Origin: Candidatus Latescibacterota bacterium
GTDB taxonomy: Bacteria > Latescibacterota > UBA2968 > GCA-2709665
DNA length: 64,000 bases
Direction of reading: 5' to 3'
Assembly (NCBI GenBank): GCA_965116875.1
Contig: OZ220733.1
Location: 2,592,001-2,656,000 of the forward strand
Positions 58,612 through 64,000 of this stretch are shown one piece after another (within the stretch, counting starts at the first letter, position 1; every line of letters begins with the position of its first letter). The translations under genes and the position numbers were made by a program. A model generated the notes under the pieces. That model was not told the DNA's origin. It was given only the letters and a program-made list of their open reading frames with translations, and made no database searches.

Positions 58612-59364
58612 TTTAAGGCATAGTCCGCCGTCCACTTTCAGAATCGTCCCCGTAATATAATCCGCCGCGTCGGAACACAGAAACGCGGCCGCTTTTCCCA
58701 GGTCCTCGATCGTGGCCAGCCTGCCCCATGGCATGCCCCTGGCGGCCTCCCTGATCTGCTCGTCCGTGGCGAATTGCCGTTCGCCCGGCGTGTCCGTATA
58801 TCCGGGTTCGATCACGTTGGCACGGATTCGATGCGGCGCAAGCTCGGCCGCGATCGTGCGGCACATCTGGTTGATGCCCGCCTTGGCCGAATTGTACGGC
58901 ATGGACGTTGGCATCGGTACGTGCGCCAGCACGGAACTGATGAACAGGATGCTTCCGCCGTCTCCCCGGTCCACCATCTGCCGGGCGCCGGCCTGCGCCG
59001 TGTGGAAGCTGCCCCACATGCAGACCTCCCACGTCCGCCGCACAGCCTGTATCGAGAGTTCAAGGAAAGGCTCACGCTTGCTGTAATAGGCATTGGCCAC
59101 GACAACGTCGAGTCTACCGAACCGGTCCGCGGTTGCTTCGACCATCCGGTCCACGGCCCCCCGGTCCGACACATCGGCCTGCAAGACCAGCGCCTCACGA
59201 CCCTCTGCGCGGACCTCGTTCGCGACGTTCTCCGCGTCTTCGGGATGCGAATGGTAATTCACCGCGATATTGGCGCCCGCGCGGGCCATCTCTACGGCGC
59301 AGCCGCGTCCGATGCCCCGGGAAGAACCGGTTATCAACGCCACCTTGCCTGTCATATCAACCAT
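58609..59364 (-). CDS. SDR-family NAD(P)-dependent oxidoreductase
   Basis: 'TGSSRGIG', 'YNSAK', 'PG.TDT'. Confidence 0.9.
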   Translation of the reverse strand: MVDMTGKVALITGSSRGIGRGCAVEMARAGANIAVNYHSHPEDAENVANEVRAEGREALVLQADVSDRGAVDRMVEATADRFGRLDVVVANAYYSKREPFLELSIQAVRRTWEVCMWGSFHTAQAGARQMVDRGDGGSILFISSVLAHVPMPTSMPYNSAKAGINQMCRTIAAELAPHRIRANVIEPGYTDTPGERQFATDEQIREAARGMPWGRLATIEDLGKAAAFLCSDAADYITGTILKVDGGLCLK

Positions 59365-59485
59365 AAGACCTCTTCCCCTTCAATATCGCCGGCGTCTGGT
59401 GTTCCGTCCCGGAGACAGATTGCCGAATGGTGAGGTATTTCGGGGCCGGGACACGAAAGATCCGGTGGATACCCGGGACAGTACA

Positions 59486-62400
59486 CTATCCCCCACTCGA
59501 ACCGTCTGATGCATGCATGGGTGTGTGGACGGGCCCGCTGCCGGCATCCCCTGCTGTCCGCTGTTCCTGCGCCTTCTGCCGGCGGGATTCCCGATGGGTT
59601 TCGCTGTATCGATCCGGAATGACCAGTTCGTCGCCGAGATCGGGCGCATGAGGGGTCACCTTCCAGAAACTGGGGAGGAATTCTTCCCATCGGGCGACAA
59701 TGTCGCTCGCCCGGCGGCTGTTGGTCTTTTCGAGGTGTCTTCCGATCATCCTTTTGAGTTGCTCGACGTCGTCCGGCTCCCGGACACGTTCGATGCCGAC
59801 GAGTTGGGGGTTGTATCGGCTCTCAAACGATCCCTCTTCGTCCAGCACGTATGCGGTTCCACCGGTCATTCCGGCGCCGAAATTCCGCCCGGCACTCCCC
59901 AGAATAATCACCAACCCGGCGGTCATGTATTCGCACCCGTGGTCTCCCACGCCCTCCACGACCGTGCGACCGCCGCTGTTCCGTACACAGAATCTCTCCC
60001 CCGCCACGCCCGCCGCGTAGAGTACGCCTCCGGTGGCGCCGTACATGACGGTGTTCCCGACGATGGCATTTCGGTGGCTGGCAAACCCGGCGTTGCCCGG
60101 CGGCCGCACGATGAGTTCTCCGCCGTGCATGCCTTTGCCCACGTAATCATTGGCCTCGCCCGTGAGGACCAGCCGTAACCCGCGTATGCAGAATGCCCCG
60201 AAGCTCTGTCCCGCGCTGCCGCGAAACCGGCACTCGATCGTGCTGTCGAGCCCGCGGTCTCCGTAGTGAAACGCGATCTCTCCGGCAAGCTTGGCGCCGA
60301 CCGCACGCCGCGTATTCTGAATATCGTAACTGAGCGTAATCGAGCTGTCTTCCTTGATGGAATCCATGGCGTCCTGAAGCAGCAGGTCGTCAATCGATGC
60401 ATCGGGCCGGTCGTTTCGATCGCGGGTATGCAGCCGCGGACGGGTGCCGGCCGAATCCGGGTCGGACAACAGATCGCTCAGGTCGATCCCCCGCCACCGG
60501 TTTCTCTTCGGGTCGACCCTGGCTTCCAGAATCTCCGGGCGGCCGATCAGGCTATTCAGCGACGTGTATCCCAGACCCGCGATGACCTCGCGGACCTCCC
60601 CGGCGAGATTGGTAAAATATCGAATGACATTCTCGGGGGTGCCATTGAATTTCCCCCGCAATTCGGGCTTCTGCGTGGCCACGCCAACCGGACAGGTATT
60701 CAGGTGGCACTGCCGGGCCATCACGCATCCCATGGCGACAAGCGCCGCCGTGCCGAATCCGTACTCTTCGGCGCCCAGAGCAGCCGCGACCACCACGTCT
60801 CTGGCCGTCTTCAGACCCCCGTCCACGCGAAGCACAACCCGCCCGCGCAGATCGTTCATCACCAGCGTCTGCTGCACCTCCGCCAGGCCCAGTTCCCAGG
60901 GCCCCCCCGAATGTTTGATGGCGCCGAGGGGGGAAGCGCCGGTGCCGCCGTCGTGCCCGCTGATATGGACCACGTCCGCAAACCCTTTGACCACGCCTGC
61001 CGCGATTGTGCCGATGCCCGCGACCGACACCAGCTTGACACACACTTTTGCCCGGGGATTCACCCGTTTCAGGTCGTAGATCAGCTGTGCGATGTCTTCG
61101 ATACTGTAGATGTCGTGATGAGGCGGCGGCGAAATCAGCGTAACCCCGGGAACGGAGTGGCGGATCATCGCGATTTCAGCTGAGACCTTGTGACCTGGAA
61201 GCTGCCCCCCTTCGCCCGGTTTGGATCCCTGCGCCATCTTGATTTCCAGTTCCTTTGCCGACGCCAGGTACTCGGGTGTGACGCCGAATCTGCCGGAGGC
61301 CACCTGCTTGATGGCGCTGTTGGGCCAGTCGCCGTTGGGCATCCGTCGATACCGGGCCGGATCTTCGCCGCCCTCTCCGCTGTTACTCTTCGCGCCGATC
61401 CGGTTCAACGCGATGGCCAGCGTTTCGTGCGCTTCGCGTGACAACGCCCCGTGCGACATTGCCGAGGACACGAAGCGCCGGCAGATGGCCTCCGCCGGTT
61501 CCACGTCCTCAATGGGGACGGAGCGTGCTTCACGAAAGGTCATCAGATCCCGGAGTGTCGCGGCCGGCCGCCGCTCCACCAGCCTGGAGTACGCCTCAAA
61601 GTCCTGAAAATCTCCGGTCTTCGCCACGCTGTGGATCGCCTTGAAGACGGGAGGATTGAATGCATGATACTCGCCGTCCCTCCGGAACCGATAGATGCCC
61701 GCGTCTTTCATTGCGGGTGACGCCTCTGGCTGGAACGCCAGCTGATGCCTTTCAGCCGCGTCGTTGGCAATTTCCGCGAGTCCGATTCCGCCAACCTGAG
61801 ATACGGTACCCGGGAAATACCGGTCTACCACGTCCGGATGCAGGCCGACGGCGTCGAAAATCTGCGCCCCGCAATAGCTGCTGAGTGTGGATATCCCCAT
61901 TTTGCAGATCACCTTCAGGATACCCGCCTCCAACGCGCTCCTGTAGTTGTCCAGCGCTTTCGCGTAGGTGATTTCCCCTTCCAGCGCGCCGCTCAGGACA
62001 AGCTCGTAAAGGTTTTCGTAAATCAGATAGGGATTCACCGCGCTGGCGCCGTATCCGATCAGCGAGGCGATGTGGTGCACTTCCCTGGGCTCTCCCGACT
62101 CCACGATCAGGCTCGCCTGCATCCGCTTTCCGTTCCGGATGAGATGATGATGAACGGCGCCCACGGCCAGCAGCATGGGGATGGGCGCGTGGTTCGAATC
62201 CACCCCGCGATCGCTCAGTATCAACAGGGTTTTGCCGGACTCGACCGCGCGTAACGCGTGGTCGCACAATCTGTCCAACGCACCTTGGAGGCCGTCGATG
62301 CCTTCGGAAGCAACGAACAGCGCGGACAGTTTTTCGGCTTCGAACCCCGGCAACCCGGAACTGGAAAGCCGGCGGAATTCTGAATCCAGCAAGACAGGGG

Positions 62401-64000
62401 AAGGGATGCGGATCAGCCGCGCGTTCCCCGCCTTTTCTCTGAAGATATTCCTTCGACGCCCCAACAGGACGTCCAGCGACATCACCAGTTCTTCCCGCAA
62501 CGGGTCGATTGGCGGATTCGTGACCTGCGCGAAGCGCTGCGTAAAGAAATTGTATAGAATCTGGGGCCGATCGGACAACATAGCGAGAGGCGTATCGTCT
62601 CCCATGGATCCTACCGGTTCTTTGCCGTCGTTGGCCATGGGCACCAGCACGTACTCGATTTCATCGGCGGTGTATCCGAATGCCAGCCGCCTCCGCGCCA
62701 GGTCCGTCCGTTCTCCAGCAGGCGTGGGTTCATTGCGGGTTTCCGATTGTTCGAAGCAGACCAGATTGTCACTCACCCATCGCCGGTAGGGTCGGCGGGC
62801 AGCAAAATGGGACTTGATCTCGTCATTTTTCAGCAATACGCCCCTGCGCGTGTCCACCGCGATCATCTGCCCCGGCCCCAGGCGTCCCTTCTCCACGACG
62901 TGGCGGTCGTCAATCTCAAGCATACCGACTTCGGAACCCATGACGATCAGGCCGTTGTCCGTAATCTTGTAGCGTGCCGGCCGCAACCCGTTCCGGTCCA
63001 ACGTGGCGCCCACGACCGTGCCGTCACTGAACGCGACCGAGGCGGGCCCGTCCCAGGGCTCCATCAGGCAATTGTTGTATTCATAAAAGCCGCGCAGGTC
63101 CTCCGGCATGTCGGGTATCTCCCGATACGCCTCGGGGATCAGCATCATCATTGCGTGCATCGGATTCCGCCCTGCCACCACCAGCGCCTCAAATACGTTG
63201 TCGAGCATCGCCGAATCGCTCCGGGTCCCGTCGACAATGGGTTTGATCCGATCCAGATACCGCCCCCAGCCCCTGGACCTGAGTTCCGCCTCGCGCGCAT
63301 GCATCCAGTTCACGTTGCCCCGCAGGGTGTTGATTTCGCCGTTGTGCGCGAGATACCGAAGCGGCTGCGCCAGAAACCAGTCGGGCAACGTGTTGGTGCT
63401 GTAGCGCTGGTGAAAGACCGCCAGCGCGGTTTCGAAATCCGGATTCTGCAGGTCCCGGTAAAACCTCGCGAGCTGCGGCGCCACCATCATCCCCTTGTAG
63501 ACGATGGTTCGGTTGGACAGCGAGCAGATGTAGCAGCCCTCTATCCCGTGCCGACGCACGGATCTTTCCACCTGCCGTCGAACCAGGTACAGCGCCCGTT
63601 CGAACTCCGCATCGGACATCCGCTGTCCCCTGGCGAGAAGCACCTGCTGAATATCGGGCATCAACTCCGCGGCCCGGTCGCCGAGGACCGTCCGGTCAAC
63701 CGGCACCGGACGCCAGCCAATCAGTGTCAGCCCGTAGTGATCGGTCGCTTCGTCGACGATGATCCTGTACCTGTCGTTTGTTACCGTGTCCTGAGACACA
63801 AACAGCATGCCGATGGCCAGATCTTCGGCGCGGGGCGCGCGATAACCCAACCGTTCAGCCTCCCTCACGATCAACCGTCCGGGAATCTGGGTAAGCACAC
63901 CGGCGCCGTCGCCGGTCTTGGCATCCGCGTCCATCGCGCCCCGATGGGTCAGATTCGCCAGCCCCAGCACCGCCTGGCGCATGATTTCACTGTTCCGGTT
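59486..64000 (-). CDS. gltB: Glutamate synthase large subunit (5' end outside window)
   Basis: 'HRGA...GDGAG', 'HQRYSTNT', 'HNGEINT', 'MEPWDGPA', 'QGSKPGEGGQLPG', 'CVMARQCHLNTCPVG', GXGXG domain. Confidence 0.97.
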   Translation of the reverse strand, partial: NRNSEIMRQAVLGLANLTHRGAMDADAKTGDGAGVLTQIPGRLIVREAERLGYRAPRAEDLAIGMLFVSQDTVTNDRYRIIVDEATDHYGLTLIGWRPVPVDRTVLGDRAAELMPDIQQVLLARGQRMSDAEFERALYLVRRQVERSVRRHGIEGCYICSLSNRTIVYKGMMVAPQLARFYRDLQNPDFETALAVFHQRYSTNTLPDWFLAQPLRYLAHNGEINTLRGNVNWMHAREAELRSRGWGRYLDRIKPIVDGTRSDSAMLDNVFEALVVAGRNPMHAMMMLIPEAYREIPDMPEDLRGFYEYNNCLMEPWDGPASVAFSDGTVVGATLDRNGLRPARYKITDNGLIVMGSEVGMLEIDDRHVVEKGRLGPGQMIAVDTRRGVLLKNDEIKSHFAARRPYRRWVSDNLVCFEQSETRNEPTPAGERTDLARRRLAFGYTADEIEYVLVPMANDGKEPVGSMGDDTPLAMLSDRPQILYNFFTQRFAQVTNPPIDPLREELVMSLDVLLGRRRNIFREKAGNARLIRIPSPVLLDSEFRRLSSSGLPGFEAEKLSALFVASEGIDGLQGALDRLCDHALRAVESGKTLLILSDRGVDSNHAPIPMLLAVGAVHHHLIRNGKRMQASLIVESGEPREVHHIASLIGYGASAVNPYLIYENLYELVLSGALEGEITYAKALDNYRSALEAGILKVICKMGISTLSSYCGAQIFDAVGLHPDVVDRYFPGTVSQVGGIGLAEIANDAAERHQLAFQPEASPAMKDAGIYRFRRDGEYHAFNPPVFKAIHSVAKTGDFQDFEAYSRLVERRPAATLRDLMTFREARSVPIEDVEPAEAICRRFVSSAMSHGALSREAHETLAIALNRIGAKSNSGEGGEDPARYRRMPNGDWPNSAIKQVASGRFGVTPEYLASAKELEIKMAQGSKPGEGGQLPGHKVSAEIAMIRHSVPGVTLISPPPHHDIYSIEDIAQLIYDLKRVNPRAKVCVKLVSVAGIGTIAAGVVKGFADVVHISGHDGGTGASPLGAIKHSGGPWELGLAEVQQTLVMNDLRGRVVLRVDGGLKTARDVVVAAALGAEEYGFGTAALVAMGCVMARQCHLNTCPVGVATQKPELRGKFNGTPENVIRYFTNLAGEVREVIAGLGYTSLNSLIGRPEILEARVDPKRNRWRGIDLSDLLSDPDSAGTRPRLHTRDRNDRPDASIDDLLLQDAMDSIKEDSSITLSYDIQNTRRAVGAKLAGEIAFHYGDRGLDSTIECRFRGSAGQSFGAFCIRGLRLVLTGEANDYVGKGMHGGELIVRPPGNAGFASHRNAIVGNTVMYGATGGVLYAAGVAGERFCVRNSGGRTVVEGVGDHGCEYMTAGLVIILGSAGRNFGAGMTGGTAYVLDEEGSFESRYNPQLVGIERVREPDDVEQLKRMIGRHLEKTNSRRASDIVARWEEFLPSFWKVTPHAPDLGDELVIPDRYSETHRESRRQKAQEQRTAGDAGSGPVHTPMHASDGSSGG

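Overview
GC-rich bacterial DNA. The gene content (eukaryote-like repeat proteins, dockerin-like EF-hand tags, a FlgD-type C-terminal domain, sulfatase, PhyH dioxygenases) suggests an FCB-related or Latescibacterota/Gemmatimonadota-like marine or sponge-associated organism; this is inference only. There are four blocks. (1) About 1-19.4 kb: a co-oriented array of secreted modular proteins. A stand-alone cohesin-like + FlgD/CTD protein is followed by seven proteins sharing a dockerin-like double EF-hand tag but carrying different cargo (CARDB, FN3, YWTD/LDL-receptor propeller, GLUG, LRR, metzincin+WD40, DUF3472-like). Displaced orphan C-termini and gene-end relics lie between them. (2) 19.5-31.2 kb: metabolic genes (TPP enzyme, sulfatase, two PhyH, HAD, peroxiredoxin, GcvT-type dehydrogenase). 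(3) 31.2-48.6 kb: a defence/TA island with every gene on the + strand (MazEF, Phd-VapC, MNT with truncated HEPN, Fic, MmeI-like RM, ApeA-like HEPN, NACHT with C-terminal nuclease, DUF6978-DUF1828/1829-like pair, AAA_14/DUF4143). It is bracketed by GTAG-type REP doublets, and its only mobility enzyme is a REP-associated tyrosine transposase (RAYT). (4) 48.7-64 kb: PPTase, xylonate dehydratase, isomerase, transketolase-like, envelope proteins, SDR and a 5'-truncated gltB. Two ~160-bp MITE-like elements are also present. I saw no rRNA, tRNA or CRISPR array. All domain calls come from visual motif recognition, not database searches.
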